Source of the DNA: an uncultured virus (IMG/VR IMGVR_UViG_3300044611_001416)
Lineage: Duplodnaviria > Heunggongvirae > Uroviricota > Caudoviricetes
Strand: one strand, 5' to 3'
IMG/VR virus record: IMGVR_UViG_3300044611_001416
Length of the DNA stretch: 64,000 bases
In this document: one piece after another, positions 48,663-59,098 of the stretch
Numbering within the stretch: the first letter of the stretch is position 1
Layout of the letters: every line of letters begins with the position of its first letter
The notes under the pieces: model-generated
The model's database searches: none
What the model saw: only the letters and a program-made list of their open reading frames with translations
What the model was told of the DNA's origin: nothing
Made by a program: the position numbers and the translations under genes

Positions 48663-49850
48663 ATGAATAAACGAGAAATTCTTAACGATTTAATTAAAAA
48701 AATAATTTCATGTAATACTCAACATGAACTTAAAGAAATTGTTAAAGATATTAATGATTTTATTAATGATTATTCTATTGTCAATAATTCTAATGAGTAT
48801 AAGAGGCTCAAAAATGCCGTTGGAATTATGAGAATAAAACTAAAAAAAGATTTTAAGATTGATGAGTCAAAAACAATTCGTGTTACTGAGTTTGACTTAG
48901 TTAAAATTGTTAAATTAATTATTAAAGAACAACTTGAAGGTCAAGGAGAAAATCCTTTGTCGGAAAAAGAGATTAGGTTATTCAAATATCTTAATAAAAA
49001 TAAACAAGATATGGGTAACCAATCTAAAATGTTAGCTTTTGTTAAAACCATGATGCCTTTTGTGGGGAGACCTGAATCTGATGCAAGATTCTATTACGAA
49101 ATTTATACCGCGAACTACAGACCTGATGGTGATTACGAGAATTTAGATAAGACAACTTTCAGAAACTTCAAAGAGTTTAAACAAAGAAGAACGCCAAACA
49201 ATAACGCGTACCAATTCAGTAGCGCTAAAATTCCTTTTAAAGGTTCTAATATTGAAGGGTATTGGGATGTTAATAGAAAAAATGAATGGTATTATGTTGT
49301 TAAGTCTTATGGTTGGTATCCAGTTTATTTATTCATTAACAATCAATGGTATGTAGTTAGTAATACCTATTCATCATCAACATCTAAACAAATGTCACAC
49401 GCTAATCCTGTAAGATATAATTCAGGTTTAGATGCTAAAGTTATTAGTGTAACAAAGGAAGAAATCCAAAATCTTATTAACGGAAAAAGTTTAGATGATG
49501 TTAAATCCGAAAGAGTAACTAATTTTGGTGATAAATTTGCTAGTTCTTTAATTGGTACTAAAAAATTATTAACTATTGATTTTGGATGGGGTGATAACAG
49601 AAAGAAAGTTAATTATACTATCACAGACGTTAAGAATGACGGTGGTAAAATTAAAATTGACATCACTATTAATAAAGCAGGTACCGTTGAAGGTACAAAT
49701 AAGATGGTTGTTAATCCTGAAGGTTATGTACACCCAAGCCCTTTCTCAGAAGATTTGGAAAATGGTATTGAGTCAAAAATAATTTCTGATAATAAAGATT
49801 ATTTAACTGATGATAATACTGAGTTTACTTTTCATCACCCCTCAAAATAA
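48663..49850 (+). CDS. Hypothetical protein with internal RVTEFDL...IIKEQ motif
   Basis: 395 aa; TATTTAT 4 nt before the ATG. Confidence 0.75.
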   Translation: MNKREILNDLIKKIISCNTQHELKEIVKDINDFINDYSIVNNSNEYKRLKNAVGIMRIKLKKDFKIDESKTIRVTEFDLVKIVKLIIKEQLEGQGENPLSEKEIRLFKYLNKNKQDMGNQSKMLAFVKTMMPFVGRPESDARFYYEIYTANYRPDGDYENLDKTTFRNFKEFKQRRTPNNNAYQFSSAKIPFKGSNIEGYWDVNRKNEWYYVVKSYGWYPVYLFINNQWYVVSNTYSSSTSKQMSHANPVRYNSGLDAKVISVTKEEIQNLINGKSLDDVKSERVTNFGDKFASSLIGTKKLLTIDFGWGDNRKKVNYTITDVKNDGGKIKIDITINKAGTVEGTNKMVVNPEGYVHPSPFSEDLENGIESKIISDNKDYLTDDNTEFTFHHPSK

Positions 49851-49853
49851 GGT

Positions 49854-50558
49854 TTAAAATTTTATTAAAAAATCTATTGAGATTGGTACTTCTTCTTCTC
49901 GATTCTCGGAAAAGTCTAAGGTAACATCCTTTGACTCATTATTAAAGATAAAACGACCTTGAGAACCTTCATTAATTTCCCATCCACCCATGTGTTTTTC
50001 TAATTGTTCGTAAATGAAATTAACAATTTTAACGTCTAAATTTATCCGGCCTTCAAAATCTCCGTATGCAAAGTCATTACAGTCACCACTATCACCACCA
50101 CCACTAAAATCAACATAACCTTCAGAAACATTTTTTTCGTGAAGTTGGTCAAATAAATTCACAATTGCTTCATACAATTCATCACTATAATCTTCTTTAA
50201 TTTCTTCTAATGTGGTTTCTGATTGAGATTCTAATGTTGTGTATTGCATTTCCCATACGTTTAAAAATAATATACGTTCTTTACAATCAATATTAATTCT
50301 AATTGTGCCTCTATACTCACAATCTGACATTACTTTGTAGACCTCATTTTTGTCTAAAATATGTTCTAAAGTGTCAGATATTGCTTCATATAATTCTATT
50401 GTTGTTCCGTCGTCACTGTACGCACTGTCGTCCATGTAATCAAGGTGGCATTCTTCAGTATAAACGGTAATGTTAACCTCACTACTTCCATATGACATGC
50501 AATAATATGAAAATAGTTTAAGGGTTTTTAATTGTTCTTCAGTTACTTGAGGTGTCAT
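49854..50558 (-). CDS. DUF6878-like protein
   Basis: FSGGGDSG and GWEINEGSQG motifs. Confidence 0.6.
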   Translation of the reverse strand: MTPQVTEEQLKTLKLFSYYCMSYGSSEVNITVYTEECHLDYMDDSAYSDDGTTIELYEAISDTLEHILDKNEVYKVMSDCEYRGTIRINIDCKERILFLNVWEMQYTTLESQSETTLEEIKEDYSDELYEAIVNLFDQLHEKNVSEGYVDFSGGGDSGDCNDFAYGDFEGRINLDVKIVNFIYEQLEKHMGGWEINEGSQGRFIFNNESKDVTLDFSENREEEVPISIDFLIKF

Positions 50559-50580
50559 ATTGTTTTTAACTATAAATACT

Positions 50581-50928
50581 TTAATCTATGTTAATATCTA
50601 AAGTTCTCATCATCCACATAGGTCTTTCTTTAGATTCTAAAGCCATTATCCATTCTTTAGCACAAGGTAAATGGTTATAACAATCTTCTCTAACATGTTG
50701 TTCACCAACATAACGAGTGTAAACAATCTTATCATCACTATTTACAAATGACATACCAAAAACCTTTTCCATTTCAAAAATACCCTCACTATGATGTCTA
50801 AACATTCTGTGATTAGAATGTCCATACCAAGCCTTGGTCTCGTCAAACCAATTGTGTATGTTTATGTATTCTTCCCAAGTTCCACCAAATTTTTTGGCCG
50901 ATGATTTTGCGTGAATAATAGGGTGCAT
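50581..50928 (-). CDS. DUF6915-like His-rich protein
   Basis: MHP..HAKSSAKKFGG...IHNWFDETK...RHHSEGIF...GEQHVRED. Confidence 0.7.
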   Translation of the reverse strand: MHPIIHAKSSAKKFGGTWEEYINIHNWFDETKAWYGHSNHRMFRHHSEGIFEMEKVFGMSFVNSDDKIVYTRYVGEQHVREDCYNHLPCAKEWIMALESKERPMWMMRTLDINID

Positions 50929-51006
50929 AATGTTTTTAATGTAAATATAAGTATTTTGTTCACATGATAAATAAAAAATATTTCTTAACCCAATATATTT
51001 ATTAAT

Positions 51007-51444
51007 ATGGAAAATACATCATTCGGTAATGATTACCAATTTGGACATTGTCATTACTTTGCAAAATATCTAATAAAAGTATTCCAAGAGTTACTTCCTA
51101 ATGAGGAAATTAATTACCATTTAATATTAGCTGAAAGACTTGATGATGATAATGAAAATATTGACGATGTGTTAGTCCATGTTTATCTTAAAGTAGGTGA
51201 CTATCTAATTGATTCTGAAGGTGTACATTCTATTGATATTGCTTCAGAAAGAGAAAAAGAATGGGCCGACAGAGAAATGGATTTAACCCCTGATGGGTAT
51301 GACTTCTCAACTTGGGAAGAAAGTAGAGATGAGATTCCTGAAATGTTCTTCAATAGATTCTGTTCAACCAAAAAATTAAAACAAGATGTAATTGATTTTG
51401 TTAAAAGACAAGATGTTCAAGAAGTTATTCAAAAATTAAAATAA
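51007..51444 (+). CDS. Putative papain/transglutaminase-fold enzyme
   Basis: GHCHYFA...HVYL...LIDSEG gives a Cys-His-Asp order. Confidence 0.5.
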   Translation: MENTSFGNDYQFGHCHYFAKYLIKVFQELLPNEEINYHLILAERLDDDNENIDDVLVHVYLKVGDYLIDSEGVHSIDIASEREKEWADREMDLTPDGYDFSTWEESRDEIPEMFFNRFCSTKKLKQDVIDFVKRQDVQEVIQKLK

Positions 51445-51456
51445 ATTTACTACATT

Positions 51457-52026
51457 ATGAAACTTAAAATAACAGAACAACAATTACACAGTATCAACGA
51501 ATTCCTTGCCGAAAAGAAAGCTTTCTTTAAATATTGGGATAGATTTGGTGGTAAAATTGATGATAACTTTTATAAGTTATTTGGTTTTGACGGTACTCGA
51601 TTACCTGAGTTAATTGTTGGTAAAACTAAAATTAGGTATTACGATGTTTTAGGTTTTTTAAGAGAGTGGTTAGGTGAGTCTAAATCAATTGAAATGACTG
51701 AAGAATTGTTAAAAGGCACCCACCATGTTGTTGGGCCTATTTATGGTGGTTATGATTACAAATTTACTGTATCTGAAGTACAAGAAAAAAATTCAACCCA
51801 ATTTACAACTACAGTACTTATTGATGATGTTAATGGTGAGGTGACTTTATTTCAGAATGAAGAACTTTATAAATTAATTGACGCGAGAAATGAAGAAAAT
51901 TTTGGATGGGAGATTGAAAATGAAATTCAAGACTGTACTGATGAATACCTTTCAAAAGAAATAACTAGCCGTACGGGAATTGTAATTGTGTTTAATGATA
52001 TTGATTTCACAAGTGGTGAAAAATAA
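51457..52026 (+). CDS. Hypothetical protein with KITEQQL leader
   Basis: N-terminus MKLKITEQQLHSINE. Confidence 0.7.
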   Translation: MKLKITEQQLHSINEFLAEKKAFFKYWDRFGGKIDDNFYKLFGFDGTRLPELIVGKTKIRYYDVLGFLREWLGESKSIEMTEELLKGTHHVVGPIYGGYDYKFTVSEVQEKNSTQFTTTVLIDDVNGEVTLFQNEELYKLIDARNEENFGWEIENEIQDCTDEYLSKEITSRTGIVIVFNDIDFTSGEK

Positions 52027-52416
52027 TTATCTTTTTTGTCTTTGTTCCCAATCTGTTTTACCTGTACTTCCAGGTTTCATTTGACTTAATCTATGTTCCC
52101 AATCAAAAATTGAAATACCTTTTCCATCGTAAATAATTACTTGATAATCATAACTTTTAAGCGGTAAATGTTCAAAAGGAATTAATTTTGAAACGACATT
52201 CATTATTTGATGGTCAATCAACCAAAGAACGTCAATGTCATCCTCTACCTCTTCTATGGTTATATCTTCATCTTTCATATAAATTTTATAGATAAGATAT
52301 GGCTGACGCACCCCATGTATAGACACATCAATATGGTCAACATTGGGGTACGTCGATAGTATAAGACCTGAATTAACAATCTTGTTTAACGCTTGTATTT
52401 CTTGGTCTTGAGTCAT
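52027..52416 (-). CDS. Hypothetical protein
   Basis: 129-aa ORF. Confidence 0.65.
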   Translation of the reverse strand: MTQDQEIQALNKIVNSGLILSTYPNVDHIDVSIHGVRQPYLIYKIYMKDEDITIEEVEDDIDVLWLIDHQIMNVVSKLIPFEHLPLKSYDYQVIIYDGKGISIFDWEHRLSQMKPGSTGKTDWEQRQKR

Positions 52417-53012
52417 TATTTAATATCGTTACTTCCGATTAAAGTATAACTGAATGAGTTACCATGGATGTTTTTAGACTTTCTACAGATTGACATGAAT
52501 TCCTCAAAATCCGCAGCTTTCTTAAATACTTGACAACCTTCAGACCAATTCTCTACGTAAGTTGAGTCAGCACCCGCTTTATGAATATTAATACCGTAAA
52601 CACCTTCAGTTATTTTTGTTTCATCATATTTCATATCACGATTTGCATCACGATAAACCTTAACATTCTTTGCTTGACCTAACGCTTCATATTTACCTTG
52701 GTGTAATCTAATAGTGTGGGAACCACGATATTGGCCCTCAACTAAACGAGCAACACCCGCAGCGTTATGATATTCCATAACACCTTTTTTACCTGGGTCA
52801 GTAGTTGCTGGCCAAATATGGAATTTCCATTCACCATTTTCTTTGTATGATAATGTAATATAATCATCAAATACATTGGTAACTTTATCACCTGTAGAAT
52901 CATTTCTAACTCCCACAATGTTCACATCAAAACCTTTGTTGTTTGCATCCTCAAACCATACGTGACCTTTACTTTTAACCGCCGATTCAATTTGCTCTCT
53001 TTTGTAAGACAT
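52416..53012 (-). CDS. YkuD/L,D-transpeptidase-like peptidoglycan enzyme (possible lysin)
   Basis: TTDPG and GINIHKAG...NWSEGCQVF His/Cys motif. Confidence 0.6.
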   Translation of the reverse strand: MSYKREQIESAVKSKGHVWFEDANNKGFDVNIVGVRNDSTGDKVTNVFDDYITLSYKENGEWKFHIWPATTDPGKKGVMEYHNAAGVARLVEGQYRGSHTIRLHQGKYEALGQAKNVKVYRDANRDMKYDETKITEGVYGINIHKAGADSTYVENWSEGCQVFKKAADFEEFMSICRKSKNIHGNSFSYTLIGSNDIK

Positions 53013-53123
53013 AATTTAATTTTTAATTGTTTATTTATTAAATAAATATGAGGTTAACATTTAATCTGCGGTTTTGAAGTTAAATAATAATATAAACTAT
53101 TATGGGATATATTTATATTATAG

Positions 53124-53858
53124 ATGAAAAAAAATTTGTATATCTCTGAGGTTGAGAAGGTGGTAAAACAAATATTACCTAAATTTATTGATAGGTTTAA
53201 ATCTCAACACAATTTTGAATTACCTAAATTTGTGATTGACATTAGTGGGTACCCAAACAATATGTGGAATCGGAGAGGTGAGTATGAACCTATTAGTTTT
53301 AATACAATAGTTGCTAAAGTCAAAGTTGATGTTAAAGATGGTCGTTTAGGTAGATTAAAGAAACTATTAAAAATTGTAATAGAACAATCTCTTAGTAGTT
53401 TAGGGTATAATTACGGTGAGGTTTATATTGAGTTTGATAAAGAGTCAATCCAAGAACAAACAAACTCGGTTGATAGATTTAAAAGTATTATAACTAAGTT
53501 GATTAGCGATAAACCTACACATCAAGGGTCATACACAATGCCTTATACTGATAATGATGATATGGTTGATTGGCACGTTGAGTACGTGGTGAAAAATGTT
53601 GAATTATGGAAACCAAATGAACGTGAACTTAGTTTATGTGAACAAGATACTTTATATACTGGTACTGTATATATTAACGTAAATAGAATCTTAGTTGGGT
53701 TTGAAGAAACTGACGAATGGGAAAGAGGTCATGGTGAAGATGATTTACCTAGTTGGTGTTGGGACGATGTTCAAGAAAATGTTATGAATACTATTGAACA
53801 AATGTTACCGCAAATATGTATTGATGTAGATTTAAGTTTTAAAGTTAATTATGAGTAA
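53124..53858 (+). CDS. Hypothetical protein
   Basis: 244 aa; TATTTATA upstream. Confidence 0.7.
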   Translation: MKKNLYISEVEKVVKQILPKFIDRFKSQHNFELPKFVIDISGYPNNMWNRRGEYEPISFNTIVAKVKVDVKDGRLGRLKKLLKIVIEQSLSSLGYNYGEVYIEFDKESIQEQTNSVDRFKSIITKLISDKPTHQGSYTMPYTDNDDMVDWHVEYVVKNVELWKPNERELSLCEQDTLYTGTVYINVNRILVGFEETDEWERGHGEDDLPSWCWDDVQENVMNTIEQMLPQICIDVDLSFKVNYE

Positions 53859-54345
53859 AGAAAAAAAAATATACGAATTAATAGAAAATCTTGGGTTAAC
53901 TAACGCATCTAATATATTGGGGTTACCAAAATATGAATTAGTTAGGATTGCAAATTACCCTATTAATTATGAAACCGCAAATATGTTACTTTTTGATTTG
54001 AATAGAGATAATTTATTACCTACTGTTTATAAAGATTGTGAGATAAGTGTTAGTAATTGGGATGGTATATTTTATTGGGAGTATAAAGGACCTGACGATG
54101 AAAAAATGTTAACCATGGCGACACCATTTTGGGATGGTAATAACATCACACCCGTTGAATCAATAGAATATAAAATCAACGGGTTTACAATTGATGAGGG
54201 TTTTTATATCGAATTAAAAAGCCAAATAGAATTTGATGGTATTGAAGATTTATTAACTTGGTATAAACACTTTTATTTGCCAAAAGTTTATAATCTGATA
54301 TTAAGTAATTTAGAAAGATTTAGAGATAATGCAACGTTCTATTAG
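53851..54345 (+). CDS. Hypothetical protein
   Basis: 164 aa with ATPFWDG motif. Confidence 0.7.
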   Translation: MSKEKKIYELIENLGLTNASNILGLPKYELVRIANYPINYETANMLLFDLNRDNLLPTVYKDCEISVSNWDGIFYWEYKGPDDEKMLTMATPFWDGNNITPVESIEYKINGFTIDEGFYIELKSQIEFDGIEDLLTWYKHFYLPKVYNLILSNLERFRDNATFY

Positions 54346-55200
54346 TTAAACATAAAGACCTATAACCCTTAATGCACCTGAAAGATTTTGTAATTCAATC
54401 ATTGGTTTTAAATCTACAGTAATAAATACTGTTGTATTATCTTCCAAATCAAGAAGACCATGGTCATCAGACTCATCAACCCATTCTTTATTAAAGAATA
54501 CTAATGATTGAGAGTTATCTATTAATTTAAGATAGGTTTCGTTATTAATTACTTTAGGTTGTTCCATAGTTTCAAACAAATCTCTAAATTTACTATTCCA
54601 AGATAATACAAAGAAATATTCTAATTTAAGTGAATCGTTAGTCGCAATATCACCATTACCATCACAATTATAACAATCAACACTACCAGTGGAATCACAT
54701 GAGTTACATTCAATATCCCCATCACCACCACATTCATCACAATACACTTGTCCGCCACCTTGACACTTACCACAATCTTTACCTTCCGAATCTTCATCTT
54801 CACCTGAACCCTCACAATCAATACACGTAACTTCACCTGAACCATCGCACAAATCGCATCTTAAATACGAATCTCCCATACAATCTTCACAACCATTTTG
54901 GCCAGCACCGTCACAGGAAGGACACTCAACATTTGGGTCATGTTCTAATATAGTTGCAATTGATACCCCAAATAAATTGGATTTCATAATATCATAAGCA
55001 ACGTTAATATCTCTACCTTTTTTTTCTTGAGGTATAAGAAAACACATATATGCTAAATCTTCACCAGATATCCTATCACCAAATAATTCTGTAATAAACT
55101 TATTTTCTCTTAATGTACCTAATACATTACCAGGATGTAAACCATTTTTATATTGTATTGATAATTTTTTAACTAATGACAGTAATTGTTCTTTTTTCAT
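54346..55200 (-). CDS. Protein with eight CxxCxGxG-type zinc-finger repeats, no J domain
   Basis: CPSC, CEDC, CDLC, CIDC, CGKC, CDEC, CNSC and CYNC, mostly at 11-aa spacing. Confidence 0.8.
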   Translation of the reverse strand: MKKEQLLSLVKKLSIQYKNGLHPGNVLGTLRENKFITELFGDRISGEDLAYMCFLIPQEKKGRDINVAYDIMKSNLFGVSIATILEHDPNVECPSCDGAGQNGCEDCMGDSYLRCDLCDGSGEVTCIDCEGSGEDEDSEGKDCGKCQGGGQVYCDECGGDGDIECNSCDSTGSVDCYNCDGNGDIATNDSLKLEYFFVLSWNSKFRDLFETMEQPKVINNETYLKLIDNSQSLVFFNKEWVDESDDHGLLDLEDNTTVFITVDLKPMIELQNLSGALRVIGLYV

Positions 55201-55201
55201 T

Positions 55202-55690
55202 TTAACTAATTTTTCTTACTGAACTATAGTCATAACTAACATCTGTTGTTTCACCATCGTAATAGTCTTCATCAATCATATCACCATCGTAATAATCAAA
55301 TACCCCTTCGCCTTCAGCCATTCTACTTGTTGGAATAACTAAGTTTGCATCATAAGAACTCATTTCATGGCGATATGTTCTTGTAACATGCTCCGTTCTA
55401 TCTTCAGAAATTTCAAACTTATAGACACCAACTGACGGTCTTTTAATTTCACCATTTGGTTTTTGTGTTGAAAAATCATAATTTGTATTTAGGTGTAATG
55501 TTGCGACAATATAATTTTCGTCAATTGGAAAATTTAAATCCAACCCAACAATTTTTGCTGCGTGGTCACAATTATTTGATAAACCATAATCTTCCATATC
55601 AGGCGTTGAATCATTAGATTTTGATATAAAACTTTTAAGTAAGTAAAATAATTGTTTATTACCAATGTTTTCTAATTTTGACTTTTCCAT
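55202..55690 (-). CDS. Hypothetical protein
   Basis: 162 aa; TATTTAT 5 nt before the ATG. Confidence 0.7.
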   Translation of the reverse strand: MEKSKLENIGNKQLFYLLKSFISKSNDSTPDMEDYGLSNNCDHAAKIVGLDLNFPIDENYIVATLHLNTNYDFSTQKPNGEIKRPSVGVYKFEISEDRTEHVTRTYRHEMSSYDANLVIPTSRMAEGEGVFDYYDGDMIDEDYYDGETTDVSYDYSSVRKIS

Positions 55691-55718
55691 ATTTTATAAA
55701 TATAATAATATAATAAAA

Positions 55719-56111
55719 TTAATTTTCAGCAATACTAACCGCATTTAAATCATAACGTTTGTTTAACCACTCAAGAACTAATTGAGGTGCATATAAATCA
55801 CCAAACAAATCAACTATTTTTTGGTAGAGATAAGTATCTATCTCAATTAAAGGGTATGTTGATAACACATAAGGGGTCGTAATGTTATGATATTCTTCAT
55901 AATCTTCTGAGGTTCCAAAATAGGTAAATACAAATTCATAGTCAGAATCCATATCCATATCCTCACCATCGTTAGGGTATTCGTAAAAAAACTCTCTAAC
56001 ACTATTACCATAACCTGTTCTATGCTCATTAGCATATTTTAATTCATCCTGTGAATCCAAGTACTTGAACAGTAGTTTTTTAAATTTATCCTTATTTATT
56101 TTAATGTCCAT
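55719..56111 (-). CDS. Hypothetical protein
   Basis: 130 aa, starting MDIKINKDKFKKLLFKYL. Confidence 0.7.
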   Translation of the reverse strand: MDIKINKDKFKKLLFKYLDSQDELKYANEHRTGYGNSVREFFYEYPNDGEDMDMDSDYEFVFTYFGTSEDYEEYHNITTPYVLSTYPLIEIDTYLYQKIVDLFGDLYAPQLVLEWLNKRYDLNAVSIAEN

Positions 56112-56215
56112 ATTGTTAAATACTTTTAAACTGTTGTTTTACCCCAATAATTTTTATATATTTGTAATATAAAAATAGAATAAAAAAACACATTATTTAA
56201 ACAATATAAAAAAAT

Positions 56216-56437
56216 ATGCAAACACTCACATTCAACACAACATTTAAAAAAGTAGTTTTATTATCAGGTTCAAGAGAAGATTCAAAAGTTTTAGAAACAT
56301 TTGACAATGTTTCAACTGTAAAATGTTCTGAATTAGGATTTTACGAAATTATGCAGAAATTAGAAACTGATTCGATTTCGGCAATTCCTGTGATGAGACT
56401 ACCTATTACAAGCACAAATATGATTATTATTAAGTAA
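56216..56437 (+). CDS. Hypothetical protein (host-type promoter)
   Basis: TATATTTG at 56157. Confidence 0.65.
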   Translation: MQTLTFNTTFKKVVLLSGSREDSKVLETFDNVSTVKCSELGFYEIMQKLETDSISAIPVMRLPITSTNMIIIK

Positions 56438-56449
56438 AAAACTAAAAAT

Positions 56450-56668
56450 ATGACTGAAGAAGAATTTGAAAATTGGAAATCGGTTGATTACCGAATGAGA
56501 GAAGAAGGAATTGATTATTGTTTTGAGCATTATAGTCGATTCGAAGAAATCAAAGATGAAGAATTCCACAAATTAAGATTGGAGTTTTTATCTAGTATGC
56601 ACAAAATACGTGAATACGTTAAAAACACAATAGAAAGTTACGAAGAGGAAGACACAAATATGTTGTAA
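56450..56668 (+). CDS. Hypothetical protein
   Basis: 72-aa ORF. Confidence 0.65.
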   Translation: MTEEEFENWKSVDYRMREEGIDYCFEHYSRFEEIKDEEFHKLRLEFLSSMHKIREYVKNTIESYEEEDTNML

Positions 56669-56671
56669 TAC

Positions 56672-56703
56672 TTTTGAGAGGGACATCAATATCCCCCTCA
56701 AAA
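56672..56703. terminator. Hairpin between convergent genes
   Basis: TTTTGAGAGGGA...TCCCCCTCAAAA with one mismatch. Confidence 0.55.
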
Positions 56704-56732
56704 TTTTTTATAATGTTTTTTGGGGTAAAGGA

Positions 56733-57110
56733 TTACCAAGTTTTACACGCCCAATATCTTGCTTTCCATCTTGGACCTGGTGTCTCACAATGATGACGAG
56801 CTCTAAATGATTTTCTTCTTGCTGGGTTATTCTTTTTTATCACCATTCTTTTTCCTTTAGCGGATTTACCGCCAAATCCAAAGTTTACTTTAACAACATT
56901 ACCTTTGTCGTTTTTAACGTAAACTTTAGATTTCTTTACATCACCTTGCATTATCTTACCTAATTGAACTTTACGTCCTTGGTATTCTGCTTCCGTTAAT
57001 AAGTCAGTAACTTTAAATTCAGTCTCCTCGACTGACCCATAAAAACTATCAACCATTTCTTTTAGGTTAAACAGTTTATTGTATTGTGATTCTGTGATTA
57101 TGAATTTCAT
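56733..57110 (-). CDS. Basic protein with ITESQ leader
   Basis: MKFIITESQYNKL; ARRKSFRARHHC...ARYWAC motif. Confidence 0.75.
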   Translation of the reverse strand: MKFIITESQYNKLFNLKEMVDSFYGSVEETEFKVTDLLTEAEYQGRKVQLGKIMQGDVKKSKVYVKNDKGNVVKVNFGFGGKSAKGKRMVIKKNNPARRKSFRARHHCETPGPRWKARYWACKTW

Positions 57111-57463
57111 TTTTTTTCGTAGTGTGTCATTGTTGGTTTATTACCTTTCCCTATTTTAGGGTCTTTCTTTTCAGCTCTTCTCTTTTGTTGAGTCATTGCT
57201 TTTTTTTCATCTTTATCGTATGATGAAGCAATCTTTGGTGTTTCAGATGAAACTTTTTTTGAGGGGCGACATTTTGGATATGATTTTCCGTCGGCATCCT
57301 TTCTTCCACAAGGTGGATGTTTTCCGTCAACTTTTTTACTTACATCAACCCACTTCTCTTTAAACCAGTTTCTTAAATCTTCATTAACATTTTTGTTTTT
57401 TTCAGAAGTGGTTAAACCGTTAAGTAGTTTTTTGTATTGAGATTCTGTTAAAATAATTTTCAT
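57107..57463 (-). CDS. Basic protein with LTESQ leader (DUF5872-like)
   Basis: MKIILTESQYKKL; LRNWFKEKWVDV...CGR...YPKCRP. Confidence 0.7.
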   Translation of the reverse strand: MKIILTESQYKKLLNGLTTSEKNKNVNEDLRNWFKEKWVDVSKKVDGKHPPCGRKDADGKSYPKCRPSKKVSSETPKIASSYDKDEKKAMTQQKRRAEKKDPKIGKGNKPTMTHYEKK

Positions 57464-57505
57464 ATTAATAAATATATGAATATTTATAAATCAAACAATA
57501 TAAGC

Positions 57506-58633
57506 ATGAGTAATCAAAAAGCATCGGAGATTTTAAATAGATTTAACGATGGTGAGTGGGATGAGTTACAACCATATTTTAATAATATAATAACTTTTTT
57601 TAAATTTGTTAAAAAATATGGACTTTTAGAAGAGATAGATTTAGGGGAGATTCCTTCTGGTTATTTTAGTAATGAAGTGTTTGATTATTTGGTTGAAAAT
57701 GGTATAATGTCTAATTTAGATTATGATTCTGTTCCTGAAGAATTTAAAAACAATTATCTAATACATGGTTTAGAACATAACTACGAAAATACTATTAAGT
57801 ATATTACAAACGACCTTTTAACCGATGTTAAAATTAGACCTGATGGGTTCTATCTATATTTAGGTAATGATAGAGATGATTTAGCTTCTTTTTTCTGTGG
57901 TTCCTCCCGTCGTGACGTTTCTTCTGAAGATGTTGCAAAACAAATATTTAGTGAAGATGGTTTAGGTCACGATTGGTATTTTGATGTTGATACAAAACCA
58001 TCTGATGTTATTGACGATTTAGACGAAAAAAATACCACCCATTTAAAAGATGTTATTTTTAAAGAAATTGGAGATAAAGAATTATCTTTAGAAGATTATG
58101 ATTCTGATTTTTTTGAAAGTTTATCAGAAGAACAGGGGACTGAAGGTTATTTTAGAATTAGGCCTGAAGACTTAAATGAATTAATTAAAGATTCCGAAGC
58201 AATAGATGAACTATGTAAAAATGACTTAAGTGAGTTAGGTCAAGAATTACAAAGTGTTTATTGGAATGCTTATAATTCTGCATATGAAGATGAAATATAT
58301 GAATTAGTATATGGTGGTTTAGATGAATACTTTGAAGGAAAAATTGATGAAGTCCCAAAAGAAACTACCAAATCGGATGGTAAAAAAGTAACCACATACT
58401 TAAATTATATTAAAATTAGAGATTTTGTTGGAAACATCACTTTATTTTTAGAAAACAATAAAGGTCAATCATATTCCGATTCATATTTAGACTATTTTGG
58501 TAGTTATACTACTTTGATGAAACAACTAATCGACGATGGTGATTTTGACTGTATAGATTTTAGAACTCCTGATTATCCAGATTGGTCTGATATTAAAAAA
58601 AATATAAACGAAATGTTTGATGAATATATTTAA
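57506..58633 (+). CDS. Acidic hypothetical protein
   Basis: D/E-rich; ATG 57506 follows TATTTATA at 57481. Confidence 0.75.
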   Translation: MSNQKASEILNRFNDGEWDELQPYFNNIITFFKFVKKYGLLEEIDLGEIPSGYFSNEVFDYLVENGIMSNLDYDSVPEEFKNNYLIHGLEHNYENTIKYITNDLLTDVKIRPDGFYLYLGNDRDDLASFFCGSSRRDVSSEDVAKQIFSEDGLGHDWYFDVDTKPSDVIDDLDEKNTTHLKDVIFKEIGDKELSLEDYDSDFFESLSEEQGTEGYFRIRPEDLNELIKDSEAIDELCKNDLSELGQELQSVYWNAYNSAYEDEIYELVYGGLDEYFEGKIDEVPKETTKSDGKKVTTYLNYIKIRDFVGNITLFLENNKGQSYSDSYLDYFGSYTTLMKQLIDDGDFDCIDFRTPDYPDWSDIKKNINEMFDEYI

Positions 58634-58680
58634 TTGACAATTTAAATTTTAATTACTATTTTTATTTTAAAATTAATAAA

Positions 58681-59058
58681 ATGATTGAAGAAATTAAAAT
58701 TGAGAAAGATAAAACTCCAAAAACAACTCCTAACAAACCTATTTTAGATGTTGACCATAAAAATGGTAAAAAAAAATATTATAAACCTAAAAAGAAAAGA
58801 GAAATTTTAAATATTGAAATTGGTAAAATTGGGTTTGATAATTTTCATAAAGTAGTTCATACAGAAAAACCATATTTAGAATACAAAAAACTAATAACAA
58901 ATAAAAATGTTGGTAGCGACTTTATTGATAATAGTAAAAAATTTAGTTTTATCAAATCAGGAATTAGAATTGTTGCTTGTATTTGTGGATTATTCGGTGA
59001 ATTTGAGTTGGCGTTTATTTTATTAGGTGTTGCGGAGATTTTTGACGTTTACAAATAA
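58681..59058 (+). CDS. Hypothetical protein with hydrophobic C-terminus
   Basis: 125 aa; TTGACA-N17-TATTTT upstream. Confidence 0.65.
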   Translation: MIEEIKIEKDKTPKTTPNKPILDVDHKNGKKKYYKPKKKREILNIEIGKIGFDNFHKVVHTEKPYLEYKKLITNKNVGSDFIDNSKKFSFIKSGIRIVACICGLFGEFELAFILLGVAEIFDVYK

Positions 59059-59098
59059 TTAGTTTAAAAAAGTCAAATTAATTTTGTATCTTTGTACT

